Shown: positions 1-7,739 of the stretch, piece by piece
Numbering within the stretch: the stretch's first letter is position 1
Layout of the letters: each line of letters begins with the position of its first letter
Origin: an uncultured Eubacteriales bacterium
Lineage (GTDB): Bacteria; Bacillota; Clostridia; Oscillospirales; CAG-272
DNA length: 35,143 nt
Assembly: GCA_900555785.1 (NCBI GenBank)
Contig: USMO01000002.1
Span: 1-35,143, forward strand
Direction: 5' to 3'
Notes under the pieces: model-generated
Seen by the model: only the letters and a program-made list of their open reading frames with translations
What the model was told of the DNA's origin: nothing
Databases searched by the model: none
Translations under genes and position numbers: made by a program

Positions 1-340
1 TGTCAAAGCTGCCGCCGGTCTCCCGGGAAAGCGTGATTGCCTGCCCGATGAGCGCAGCCGTCCGCGCGTCCGCATCGGCAATGCCGTCTGCCGACCGGTT
101 CAGCCGGGAGATGTCGCTGTCCGCAACCGTCAGCGACCACAGCCCGTCCAGTTCCGCAACCGTTGACCGAACCAGCGCAAAGCCCGCCTGCGCTGCCTGC
201 TCGGTCCCATACAGCGTGACCGAAACCGGCGTTCCCATGCCGTAAAACAGGTCGGTCCGCTTCTCATTCTTTCTGCAGGAGGGCAGGCAAAACAGCACCA
301 GAATCAGCGCCAGAATGCAACACGTCATGCGTTTTTCCAT
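1..340 (-). CDS. apbE: FAD:protein FMN transferase (ApbE family) lipoprotein, N-terminal part only; the gene runs off the window start
   Basis: Hand translation of the minus strand from the ATG at 340 gives MEKRMTCCILALILVLFCLPSCRKNE...GMGTPVSVTLYG...LSRETGGSFD. It has a lipobox (LPSC) and ApbE-like GMGT and GGxFD motifs. It is absent from the ORF track because no stop lies inside the window. Confidence 0.7.
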   Translation of the reverse strand, partial: MEKRMTCCILALILVLFCLPSCRKNEKRTDLFYGMGTPVSVTLYGTEQAAQAGFALVRSTVAELDGLWSLTVADSDISRLNRSADGIADADARTAALIGQAITLSRETGGSFD

Positions 341-909
341 CTTTGCATCCCCCTTTCCAATCGCGGCGCCAGCAGGTTGAGCAGCACGCCGGTCAGGCTC
401 CCGCAAATAACCGCCGCCGGAAGCAGGACCGGCAGAAAGCGGGTTGCCAGGTTGGTCATCTCCAACCCCTGAGACGGGCGCGCGACCAGGACGGCTGCGG
501 CAAACAGCTGCCCCAGGTTATGGGCGGCAGCGCAGAATACCGACACACCGACATAGCTGCACCGGCGCAAAATCCGCCGCGAAAGGAGCAGGGCGAGAAA
601 CGCCATGCACGCGCCGCAGAACGAGAAGAAGAGCGAGGTCCAGGACCCGAACAGCACGCCGGTGATGCCGACGCGCAGCAAGGAAACGGCGAGTGCGTCA
701 AGCGGGGAGAGCAGGGAAAACGCGAGCACGGTGACGATATTCGCAAAGCCCGGCTTGAACCCGAGAAAATGGGTCAGGGGACCGAACGGAATCAGGTGCT
801 CCAGGTAGGAGAGCATCAGCGCCGCCGACAGAAGCGCCGCGTCAATTGCCACGCGATGCGCGGAGGCGTGCTTCCGTCTATCCGATGATGGCATCGGCAT
901 CGCCGTCAC
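325..909 (-). CDS. Gx transporter family membrane protein (heptaprenyl diphosphate synthase component I-like, PF07456-type)
   Basis: 194-aa polytopic hydrophobic ORF. It sits in the common ApbE / Gx transporter / NusG-domain-II arrangement and overlaps both neighbours as in an operon. Confidence 0.7.
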   Translation of the reverse strand: MTAMPMPSSDRRKHASAHRVAIDAALLSAALMLSYLEHLIPFGPLTHFLGFKPGFANIVTVLAFSLLSPLDALAVSLLRVGITGVLFGSWTSLFFSFCGACMAFLALLLSRRILRRCSYVGVSVFCAAAHNLGQLFAAAVLVARPSQGLEMTNLATRFLPVLLPAAVICGSLTGVLLNLLAPRLERGMQRWKNA

Positions 910-1267
910 CTCCTTCCCGATCGGTAACGGTCAGCCGGACAGATGCCGGCGCGCAGATGACGGTCTCGCCAAGCCCGGAGATCCAGCCGGTGCGCTGGCA
1001 GTATTTGTCGGGGCAGTTTGCCTCCGAAACGCAGGCACGACCGTCCAGAATCCGGACAGTCAGCGTGATGTCTCCGGATGTCACGGGGATGTCGCAGTTG
1101 ACGGACAGCGGGTAAACGCTCTCCCCGTCCGGCGTGCGGATGACCAGCCAGTTTCCGGTGGTGGGTTCCGTTTCAGGGAGCAGGCTACGCAGAACCGGCA
1201 GCGTGGCGAGAAGTAGGACCGCAAGGATTACCAGGGCATCAGCAACAGAAAAACGTGTGCGAAACAA
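878..1267 (-). CDS. NusG domain II-containing protein (DUF1312-like), N-terminal membrane anchor
   Basis: 129-aa ORF with a TTG start preceded by GGAGGTG. It has an N-terminal TM helix followed by a beta-rich domain (CPDKYC...GWI motif). Confidence 0.65.
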   Translation of the reverse strand: MFRTRFSVADALVILAVLLLATLPVLRSLLPETEPTTGNWLVIRTPDGESVYPLSVNCDIPVTSGDITLTVRILDGRACVSEANCPDKYCQRTGWISGLGETVICAPASVRLTVTDREGGDGDADAIIG

Positions 1268-1299
1268 AATCCCACCTCCCCAAAGCGTTGTACGAGAAT

Positions 1300-1328
1300 A
1301 TTATACCAATAAAGCGGGGGATTTGCAA
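1300..1328 (-). promoter_or_regulatory. sigma-A type promoter for the NusG-II/Gx/apbE operon
   Basis: Minus strand reads TTGCAA, 17 nt, TATAAT (with TGG directly upstream), about 30 nt before the TTG start at 1267. Confidence 0.6.
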
Positions 1329-1379
1329 GGGCAAACGGAAAGATTTTTCGGTGTAGACAAAATTTTTTCGGAAAAGGGC

Positions 1380-1407
1380 TTGACATTTCAGAAAAAAAGA
1401 GTATAAT
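1380..1407 (+). promoter_or_regulatory. sigma-A type promoter for tRNA-Leu
   Basis: TTGACA (1380-1385), 16-nt spacer, TATAAT (1402-1407), about 28 nt before the tRNA 5' end. Confidence 0.7.
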
Positions 1408-1434
1408 ATATATGTTGCGCATGAGCGCAGCCAT

Positions 1435-1519
1435 GCGGGAGTGGCGGAACTGGCAGACGCGCACGTTTGAGGGGCGTGTGGTTCACACCATACGGGTTCA
1501 AGTCCCGTTTCCCGCACCA
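1435..1519 (+). tRNA. tRNA-Leu (anticodon GAG), class II with long variable arm, encoded CCA
   Basis: Hand-folded cloverleaf: acceptor GCGGGAG/TTCCCGC, anticodon stem CACGT/GCGTG with loop TTGAGGG, T arm ACGGG-TTCAAGT-CCCGT, 3' ACCA. Confidence 0.9.
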
Positions 1520-1558
1520 TAATGCACCAACAAAAAAGATATTTGGTGCGAAAAGCAC

Positions 1559-1595
1559 GAAAAAGCCCCGTTTTACGAGGCTTTTTCGCGTTTTT
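1559..1595 (+). terminator. rho-independent terminator after tRNA-Leu
   Basis: GAAAAAGCC / GGCTTTTTC 9-bp stem followed by GCGTTTTT. Confidence 0.6.
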
Positions 1596-1662
1596 AGGGA
1601 ACTTTGGCTTGTGTCAACAAAAATCACAAACCGTAGATATCTCAACATTGTTTTTCGGGTCT

Positions 1663-1678
1663 AACGGGACTTGAACCC
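1663..1678 (-). other. tRNA T-arm-like fragment in inverted orientation
   Basis: The minus strand GGGTTCAAGTCCCGTT is identical over 16 nt to the T arm of the tRNA-Leu 150 bp upstream. The flanks do not fold into a cloverleaf. Confidence 0.5.
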
Positions 1679-1744
1679 AAACGGTCAAGTTTTTTGAGGA
1701 CGAAGCCCTATCTGTTGAAAACCCCAACTTTTATAATAGAACCA

Positions 1745-1790
1745 AAAAGAGCGACTATCGCACCTCATCGGGGGTGGTAGCCGCTCTTTT
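1745..1790. terminator. bidirectional hairpin terminator
   Basis: AAAAAGAGCG...CGCTCTTTTT outer stem with inner CACC/GGTG pairing. An A-run lies on one side and a T-run on the other. Confidence 0.55.
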
Positions 1791-1867
1791 TACAAAATTC
1801 GAACCGTCCGGATTCTCGCCGCCGGGGCAAGCGTTCCCAATTTCCAAACCGCCCAAGGCATCCCAAA

Positions 1868-2101
1868 AACTTTCCTCAGCCGGGGTTTGTTCCGCGCCCG
1901 TCAAACGCACCGCGTCTCGCCACGCAGCATGGAAGAATCAGAAGCACTGTATACAAACCCCGGCTGAGGAAAGTTCGGGGAGGAAGAGGGAGGTTTGGAG
2001 GGAGAGGCGTCGCGAAGCGATGGTAGCGGCTTGCCGCGTTGTGGACCTCCTCCGAAAGGGGTCTCCCTCTCCCTCCAAGGTCTTCCCCCTTCTCACTCCC
2101 C
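1868..2101. other. two adjacent long hairpins (possible structured RNA or structured 3' UTR of the HAD gene)
   Basis: Perfect 23-bp inverted repeat at 1868-1890 / 1953-1975 (AACTTTCCTCAGCCGGGGTTTGT). Next to it is an imperfect purine-rich arm at 1977-2007 pairing with a pyrimidine-rich arm at 2066-2101. Confidence 0.35.
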
Positions 2102-2917
2102 GAACATCTCCAAATCCACTTCATCGAGGGAGGGGAAGACGAGGTCGGGGCGGTCGGCGGGGGAGGCGGCGTTTACATCGGCGGCAGTGGTCTCGCCGCT
2201 GAGCACCAGAACCGCAGTAACCCCGTGGCGCTTGCCGAGCGCAATGTCAGTGTAGAGCCGATCCCCGAAAATGACCATCTGCGACTTGTCGAAACCGGTC
2301 GCTTCGCAGATCATGTCAACCGTCTCGCGATAGGGCTTGCCGAAATAAACAGGCACCTTGCTGGTCGATGCCGTGACAAACGCGGCAATTGCACCGCTGT
2401 CCGGAATGAAGCCCGTTTCGGTTGGGCAGTTGAAATCCGGATGCGTGGAAAGATACTCCGCACCGCCGCGAATGAAGCGGCAGGCGTTGTCCAGCTTCGC
2501 ATAGGTCAGCGTCGTGTCAAAACTCGTGACCACAATGTCAGCAGATGCTTCATCCCCGGTCAGCAGCGGAATGCCAGCCGCGCGGAAACTGTTCTCCAGA
2601 TCCGGCGTGCCAACCAGATAGACCTGCTTGCCGGCGCGGTGACGAAGGAGAAACTCAATCGTCACATCGCCGGAGGTCATGATCTCCTCGCGCGTCGGCT
2701 CAAAGCCGAGACGGGTCAGCTTTTCCAGATAGAAAGCAGGGGAGTGCGAGGCATTGTTGGTGAAAAACAGAATCCGCTTGCCGTGCGCGCGGAGATTTTT
2801 GATGAACCGGATGGCAAAGGGGAATACCCGGGAGCCGAGGTAAACGGTGCCGTCCATATCGAAAATGAACAGCTGCTTCTGCTGAAGGACCGAGCGGTCC
2901 GGATGGTTATCTTGCAT
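2093..2917 (-). CDS. HAD-IIA family hydrolase (NagD/p-nitrophenyl-phosphatase-like sugar phosphatase)
   Basis: 274-aa ORF with FIFDMDGTVY (DxDGT nucleophile motif), FFTNNAS and a C-terminal GDRLYTDI motif. AAGGAG lies upstream. Confidence 0.8.
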   Translation of the reverse strand: MQDNHPDRSVLQQKQLFIFDMDGTVYLGSRVFPFAIRFIKNLRAHGKRILFFTNNASHSPAFYLEKLTRLGFEPTREEIMTSGDVTIEFLLRHRAGKQVYLVGTPDLENSFRAAGIPLLTGDEASADIVVTSFDTTLTYAKLDNACRFIRGGAEYLSTHPDFNCPTETGFIPDSGAIAAFVTASTSKVPVYFGKPYRETVDMICEATGFDKSQMVIFGDRLYTDIALGKRHGVTAVLVLSGETTAADVNAASPADRPDLVFPSLDEVDLEMFGE

Positions 2918-2956
2918 GGGAGACTCCTTTTTTGATCAGACTTCCGAACATCTATA

Positions 2957-2985
2957 ATCGTACCATATTTTGCGCGCAATGTCAA
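2957..2985 (-). promoter_or_regulatory. candidate promoter of the HAD gene
   Basis: Minus strand TTGACA, 17 nt, TACGAT. Confidence 0.45.
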
Positions 2986-3086
2986 GAAGCGCCGGAAAAA
3001 TTGAAGATGTGACGATATTTTCTGCACGATTGCGCAGAAGCGATGCACAAAGCGGGGGCAAACGTCGACAAAATGGCAAAAAAATC

Positions 3087-3115
3087 TTGACTTCCGGACG
3101 AAAATGTGATACAAT
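3087..3115 (+). promoter_or_regulatory. candidate promoter of the lipid kinase/acyltransferase operon
   Basis: TTGACT, 17 nt, TACAAT, 57 nt before the ATG at 3173. Confidence 0.55.
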
Positions 3116-3172
3116 AAATCGGTATGCTCCGGTCTGGGACCGGTATCATGAAATAAAGGAAGGACTTCCAAT

Positions 3173-4066
3173 ATGGTTCACATTCTCTACAATCCGCTTT
3201 CCGGAAGCGGCAAGGGCTTTGACCGCGTGCAGGCGCTGCGCGAGCAGCTTCGCGACAAGGAGTTGAATTTCTGCGACATCCGCGAGGTCAAGGATTACGC
3301 AACGTTCTTCGCCGGCATCGGTGCCGAGGACACCCTGGTCATCGCGGGCGGCGACGGCACCCTGAATAAGTTCGTCAATTTCACCGCAGAGCTGACCTAT
3401 CCCGCCAACCTCTTTTACTACGCAATGGGCAGCGGAAATGACTTCCGCCAGGACGTTGCCCCCGGCGAGGAAGGGCTGATTCCGCTGGGCGAATACATAA
3501 AGGACCTGCCGACCGTGACGGTCAACGGCAAGACCTACCGGTTCCTCAACGGCATCGGCTACGGAATCGACGGCTACTGCTGCGAGGTCGGCGACCGACT
3601 GGCAAAGAAGTCGGATAAGCCGATCAACTACGCAGGCATCGCCATTAAGGGGCTGCTGTTCCACTATAAACCCACCAAGGCAACCGTGACCGTGGATGGG
3701 AAGACCGCGACCTATGAGAAGGTCTGGCTGGCACCGACGATGAACGGGCGCTACTACGGCGGCGGGATGGACATTGCCCCGGCGCAGGACCGCCTGAACA
3801 AGGCGCGGACCGTTTCAACCGTGGTGCTGCACGGCTCCGGAAAACTCAAGACCCTGATTGTCTTCCCGTCCATCTTCAAGGGCGAGCATATCAAGCACAC
3901 CGAAATGGTGGCAGTGATGGAAGGGCATGAAATGACGGTGAAATTCGACCGCCCGGTCGCACTCCAGATCGACGGCGAGCTGGTGCTGAACGTGACCGAA
4001 TACACGGTGCGCAGCGCAGAGGCATCTGCCGGAAAACCGGAAGAAGCAGTGAGCGCGGAGGCGTAA
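3173..4066 (+). CDS. diacylglycerol kinase catalytic-domain family lipid kinase (YegS/BmrU-like)
   Basis: 297-aa ORF with an N-terminal NPxSGxG motif (YNPLSGSGKG) and a GGDGT motif (IAGGDGTLNKFVN). Confidence 0.8.
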   Translation: MVHILYNPLSGSGKGFDRVQALREQLRDKELNFCDIREVKDYATFFAGIGAEDTLVIAGGDGTLNKFVNFTAELTYPANLFYYAMGSGNDFRQDVAPGEEGLIPLGEYIKDLPTVTVNGKTYRFLNGIGYGIDGYCCEVGDRLAKKSDKPINYAGIAIKGLLFHYKPTKATVTVDGKTATYEKVWLAPTMNGRYYGGGMDIAPAQDRLNKARTVSTVVLHGSGKLKTLIVFPSIFKGEHIKHTEMVAVMEGHEMTVKFDRPVALQIDGELVLNVTEYTVRSAEASAGKPEEAVSAEA

Positions 4067-4067
4067 G

Positions 4068-4868
4068 ATGCTGAATCTGATCTTTTTTGTGCTGTCTGCC
4101 GGCGTCAGCGTGGGGCTGGTGGTTGGCATCCCGTCGCTTTCGGCGTGGTGGCTGTTCGGCATGATTCCGCTTGGATACATCCTTGCAACGGCGCTCTATT
4201 TCGCGCTTCTGTTCGCAACCGTCCCGTTCCTGCCCAAAGGGGGAGACGACGAGAAATCCAGCCGCTTCTGCCGGTTCATCATCTGGCTGTCGAGCGACTG
4301 GCTGATGGTCGCGCTGCGCATCCGGACCAAACTGACCGGGCTGAAGCTGCCGGAGGAGCCGTTCGTTCTGGTCAGCAATCACCGCTCTGATTTTGACCCG
4401 ATGGTGGTCCTGCAGAAGACCGGAAAGCGCAACCTGATCTATATCTCCAAGGAGTCGAATTTCAAATTTCCGCTGGTCGGTCCGTATCTGCACGGCGCGG
4501 GCTACTACGCCATCGACCGCGAGAACGGTATGCGTGCCCTGCGGACGCTGAAAAAGGTGACCGAGCGCATGAAGGCAGAGGGGCTGGATGTCGGCATCTA
4601 CCCTGAAGGAACGCGGAGCAAGACCGGCGAGCTGCTGGAATTCAAGACCGGCGCATTCTATCTTGCCAAAAAGGCAGATGCCCCGGTGGTGGTCATGACA
4701 ACCGAGGGGACTGAGGTGATTGCGCGCAACTTCCCGTGGAGAGGCGCGAAGGTACACCTGAACGTGGTGGAAATTATCAGCCGCGAGGAGGTGGCAAAGC
4801 TCTCGATGGAGGAGCTTGCCGCGCACGTCCGGAACACCATTGCGGAGCATCTCGGCAAGAATGTATGA
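4068..4868 (+). CDS. lysophospholipid (1-acyl-sn-glycerol-3-phosphate) acyltransferase, PlsC family, with N-terminal TM helices
   Basis: 266-aa ORF with the HxxxxD motif NHRSDFD and the YPEGTRS motif. It starts 1 nt after the upstream stop. Confidence 0.8.
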   Translation: MLNLIFFVLSAGVSVGLVVGIPSLSAWWLFGMIPLGYILATALYFALLFATVPFLPKGGDDEKSSRFCRFIIWLSSDWLMVALRIRTKLTGLKLPEEPFVLVSNHRSDFDPMVVLQKTGKRNLIYISKESNFKFPLVGPYLHGAGYYAIDRENGMRALRTLKKVTERMKAEGLDVGIYPEGTRSKTGELLEFKTGAFYLAKKADAPVVVMTTEGTEVIARNFPWRGAKVHLNVVEIISREEVAKLSMEELAAHVRNTIAEHLGKNV

Positions 4869-4874
4869 ATCGAA

Positions 4875-4938
4875 GAATAGCGGAATCCACAAATTCGTAG
4901 AACGGATTTTGTTGATTCCGCTATTTCTTTGCTTTTTT
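4875..4938 (+). terminator. rho-independent terminator
   Basis: GAATAGCGGAATC / GATTCCGCTATTT stem followed by CTTTGCTTTTTT. Confidence 0.6.
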
Positions 4939-4949
4939 GTGAAAATGGC

Positions 4950-4978
4950 TTGCGCCGAGCGCCAATCTGTGCTATAAT
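4950..4978 (+). promoter_or_regulatory. promoter of the lipoprotein gene
   Basis: TTGCGC, 17 nt, TATAAT with the extended TGc motif. Confidence 0.55.
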
Positions 4979-5015
4979 GATGTTGCAAATTTGTTCTACA
5001 GCAAAGGAGATCACC

Positions 5016-5591
5016 ATGAAACAGAACCGAACCGTCAGACTGATTGGCAGATGCGGCGCGCTGGCGCTGGCAACCATCCTTTCCTGCGGCGCTTTTGCTG
5101 CCTGCAGCAAGGACAAAGACCCCGACCCGGATGCCGGAAAGGCGACCGGAACCATTGCACCGACCGAAGAGGTGACAACCGCCGATCCCCATCAAAAAAC
5201 CTTTACCAGCGCGGGCATGACCATCACCCTGTCGGATGATTTTCAGAAGAGCACGGTCCCGGGCTATACCGTCGGATTTGAATCCGATGATGCCGTACTG
5301 CTGGCACTCGTTGAAAATGACGATGCGTTGAAGGGCTATACGTTGGATCAGTATGCAAACAAAGTCATTTCCAACAATGCAAGCCTGAAGGGGAAGACCG
5401 TGAAGCATGACGGGGGGCTGACGTATTTTGAGTTTGAAAGCACTGCTGACGGCGTTACCTATAGCTATCTGGCAGTGGTCTACCAGAACGGCAGCGACTA
5501 CTGGCTGTTCCAGTTTGCCTCGCAAAAGAAGGATTACAACAGCATGCGCGCGAATTTCATGAAATACGCAAAGACCGTCCGCTTCAACTGA
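5016..5591 (+). CDS. hypothetical lipoprotein
   Basis: I chose the internal ATG at 5016 of the tracked ORF 4929..5591 because AAAGGAG lies 6 nt upstream. It has a signal peptide with lipobox FAAC. Confidence 0.65.
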   Translation: MKQNRTVRLIGRCGALALATILSCGAFAACSKDKDPDPDAGKATGTIAPTEEVTTADPHQKTFTSAGMTITLSDDFQKSTVPGYTVGFESDDAVLLALVENDDALKGYTLDQYANKVISNNASLKGKTVKHDGGLTYFEFESTADGVTYSYLAVVYQNGSDYWLFQFASQKKDYNSMRANFMKYAKTVRFN

Positions 5592-5651
5592 CCGGAAGGG
5601 AAGACCGTCTCCGCTTTTGCAAGTTTCCAGCAAAAATCCTGCAAAAAGGAG

Positions 5652-5680
5652 TTGACAAACGCCGGAAAGTATGCTATAAT
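5652..5680 (+). promoter_or_regulatory. consensus sigma-A promoter
   Basis: TTGACA, 17 nt, TGcTATAAT. Confidence 0.7.
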
Positions 5681-5703
5681 AATACGGAGTGAAGAAACGA
5701 CAC

Positions 5704-5736
5704 ACAGAGAGCCGGGGTAAACCTCCGGCTCTCTGT
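5704..5736 (+). promoter_or_regulatory. perfect 12-bp hairpin in the 5' UTR
   Basis: ACAGAGAGCCGG, 9-nt loop, CCGGCTCTCTGT. It lies between the predicted transcription start and the SD, with no T-run after it. Confidence 0.4.
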
Positions 5737-5763
5737 ATGCGGAATGAAAAAGGAGAGACTGAA

Positions 5764-7173
5764 ATGAAAACCGATATCCTGATTGTCGGTGCCGGTCCTG
5801 CGGGGATTTTTACCGCAATTGAAATGCTCCGGCACGGATGCAAGCAGAAGATCGTGATTGTGGAGAAGGGGAAAGCGGTGGAGGACCGCTCCTGCCCGAA
5901 GGCGAAAACCGGACATTGCATGAACTGCAAGCCCTATTGCCATATTACAACCGGATTTTCCGGCGCGGGCGCGTTCTCGGACGGCAAGCTGTCGCTGTCC
6001 TGCGACGTTGGCGGTGATCTGCCGCAGCTGCTGGGCGTGGACCGCGTGCAGACGGTCATCGACTATACCGACAAGATCTACCTGGATTTCGGCGCAGATT
6101 CGCACGTTGAGGGAGCGGAAATCACCGATGAAGTCAAAGAGATCCGCAAGCGCGCCATCCGTGCGGGGCTGCGGCTGGTCGACTGCCCGATTCGCCATCT
6201 TGGAACCGAGAAGGCGCACCGGCTCTATTGGGACATCGAAAATGATCTGCGCGACCACGGGGTGGAACTGTACTTCGGCTATGAGTGCAACAATCTGATT
6301 CTGGACGGCGACAAATGCCTGGGCGTGACCGTCAACCATGGCGGCGTGACCGAGGAAATTTACGCAAAGCATACCGTCATTGCAACCGGACGCCGCGGCG
6401 CGGACTGGCTGGAGCGGCTCTGCGGCGAGCATAACATCGCGCATCTGCCCGGAACGGTCGACATCGGCGTGCGCGTTGAGGTCCGCAACGAGGTCATGGA
6501 GTGGGTCAACCGCGTGCTGTACGAATCGAAGCTGATCGGTTATCCGGCACCCTTCAAGAACAAGGTGCGCACCTTCTGCCAGAACCCGGGCGGTTTTGTC
6601 AGCCAGGAGAACTACGACAACGACCTTGCCGTGGTCAACGGGCACAGCTTTAAGGAGAAAAAATCGGACAACACCAACGTTGCAATTCTCTGCTCGCATA
6701 ACTTCTCGGTGCCCTTCAACCAGCCGATTGAATACGCGCAGAAGGTCGGAGAACTGACCAACATGCTGGGTGCCGGACACATCCTGGTCCAGCGGTTCGG
6801 CGACATTCTCGACGGAAAGCGGACCTGGGAAAAGGAACTGGCGCAGTCGAACGTCCGTCCCACGCTGCAGGACGCCGTGGCGGGGGACATCACCGCAGCT
6901 ATGCCGTATCGCGCCATGACGAACATTATCAACTTCATCCAGGCGGTCGATCAGGTCGTGCCGGGCTTTGCGGCGCATGAGACGCTGCTCTATTCGCCGG
7001 AGCTGAAGTTCTACAGCAACCGGGTCAAGATGGACGAGCGGCTGAATACGAACATTCGCGGGCTGCATTGCCTGGGTGACTCCAGCGGATGGACCAGAGG
7101 ATTGATGATGGCATCGGCAATGGGCGTGTTCATGGGCAGAATCCTCGCGGAGGAAGAAGCGGAGTCGGTCTGA
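5764..7173 (+). CDS. NAD(P)/FAD-dependent oxidoreductase (COG2509-like uncharacterised FAD-dependent dehydrogenase)
   Basis: I chose the ATG at 5764 (AAAGGAGAG upstream) inside the tracked ORF 5689..7173. The N-terminal dinucleotide fold reads DILIVGAGPAGIFTA. Confidence 0.75.
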   Translation: MKTDILIVGAGPAGIFTAIEMLRHGCKQKIVIVEKGKAVEDRSCPKAKTGHCMNCKPYCHITTGFSGAGAFSDGKLSLSCDVGGDLPQLLGVDRVQTVIDYTDKIYLDFGADSHVEGAEITDEVKEIRKRAIRAGLRLVDCPIRHLGTEKAHRLYWDIENDLRDHGVELYFGYECNNLILDGDKCLGVTVNHGGVTEEIYAKHTVIATGRRGADWLERLCGEHNIAHLPGTVDIGVRVEVRNEVMEWVNRVLYESKLIGYPAPFKNKVRTFCQNPGGFVSQENYDNDLAVVNGHSFKEKKSDNTNVAILCSHNFSVPFNQPIEYAQKVGELTNMLGAGHILVQRFGDILDGKRTWEKELAQSNVRPTLQDAVAGDITAAMPYRAMTNIINFIQAVDQVVPGFAAHETLLYSPELKFYSNRVKMDERLNTNIRGLHCLGDSSGWTRGLMMASAMGVFMGRILAEEEAESV

Positions 7174-7224
7174 CCGCGAACGGGCAAAAAATGATCCGGC
7201 AGCGTAAAAGCGGCGCAAAACAGC

Positions 7225-7257
7225 GCAAGAAATCAGCTGCCGGAGCAAGAAATCAGC
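7225..7257 (+). repeat. 13-nt direct repeat GCAAGAAATCAGC x2, 20 nt apart
   Basis: Exact copies at 7225-7237 and 7245-7257, 50-85 nt upstream of the tRNA-Ser promoter. Confidence 0.5.
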
Positions 7258-7308
7258 CAACGGGGCAAAAATATTTTCCGGACTGCAGGACTTTTTTCGC
7301 AAAAGGTC

Positions 7309-7337
7309 TTGCAATCCGGAGAAAAATGTGGTATACT
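7309..7337 (+). promoter_or_regulatory. strong promoter preceding the tRNA-Ser 5'-half pseudo-copy
   Basis: TTGCAA, 17 nt, TGgTATACT. Confidence 0.6.
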
Positions 7338-7368
7338 ATTCCTGTTCGGACAACGTCCGGCAAAATAC

Positions 7369-7411
7369 GGAGAGATATCGAAGTGGTTATAACGGCCCTG
7401 ACTCGAAATCA
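7369..7411 (+). pseudogene. tRNA-Ser 5'-half pseudo-copy (acceptor 5' strand through anticodon loop; no variable or T arm)
   Basis: 39 of 43 nt match positions 1-43 of the intact tRNA-Ser at 7571. Similarity stops right after the anticodon loop. The shared flank ATAC precedes both copies. Confidence 0.7.
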
Positions 7412-7570
7412 TGTACGCATTTGAGTAGTTGTGCCACCGAAAGCCGCCGAAAAGCCTTGATTTTGTTGGATTTTCGCGTGGTTGATGATTTTTCTGACCG
7501 GCTTATCTAACGGGATTTCTAAAAAATTGAATAATGATTGTTTCCCTCGTTTTTGAGGGCGAACATATAC

Positions 7571-7659
7571 GGAGAGGTATCGAAGTGGTCATAACGGGGC
7601 TGACTCGAAATCAGTTTGCGCGAAAGCGCACAAGGGTTCGAATCCCTTCCTCTCCGCCA
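7571..7659 (+). tRNA. tRNA-Ser (anticodon CGA), class II, encoded CCA
   Basis: Acceptor GGAGAGG/CCTCTCC, anticodon loop CTCGAAA, variable arm TGCGC-GAAA-GCGCA, T arm AAGGG-TTCGAAT-CCCTT, GCCA end. Confidence 0.9.
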
Positions 7660-7681
7660 AAAAACGCGGTTAAGCCGCAGC

Positions 7682-7717
7682 AAAAGCCGCAAGGATTTCC
7701 TTGCGGCTTTTGTTTTT
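7682..7717 (+). terminator. rho-independent terminator after tRNA-Ser
   Basis: AAAAGCCGCAAGG / CCTTGCGGCTTTT stem followed by GTTTTT. Confidence 0.75.
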
Positions 7718-7739
7718 GAAAACATGGAAGGAGGCACCT

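Noticed and set aside
33-245. 70-aa plus-strand ORF at the window start.
   Set aside because: It is antisense to the apbE coding sequence, which has a lipoprotein signal and ApbE motifs.
1655-1725. Possible complete minus-strand tRNA around the T-arm-like 16-mer.
   Set aside because: The acceptor, D and anticodon arms cannot be paired. Only the T-arm segment is tRNA-like, so it is reported only as a fragment.
1962-1980. GAGGAAAGTTCGGGG resembles the RNase P RNA P4 motif GAGGAAAGUCCGGGC.
   Set aside because: The motif is simply one arm of the 23-bp palindrome. No ACAGAA..CGGCUUA partner or other RNase P elements follow, and a full-length RNase P RNA would have to overlap the HAD coding region.
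3891-7314. Long minus-strand ORFs 3891..5930 (679 aa) and 5674..7314 (546 aa).
   Set aside because: They are shadow ORFs antisense to the kinase, acyltransferase, lipoprotein and FAD oxidoreductase genes. They are Arg/Gly/Ala-rich low-complexity translations that cross promoters and terminators.
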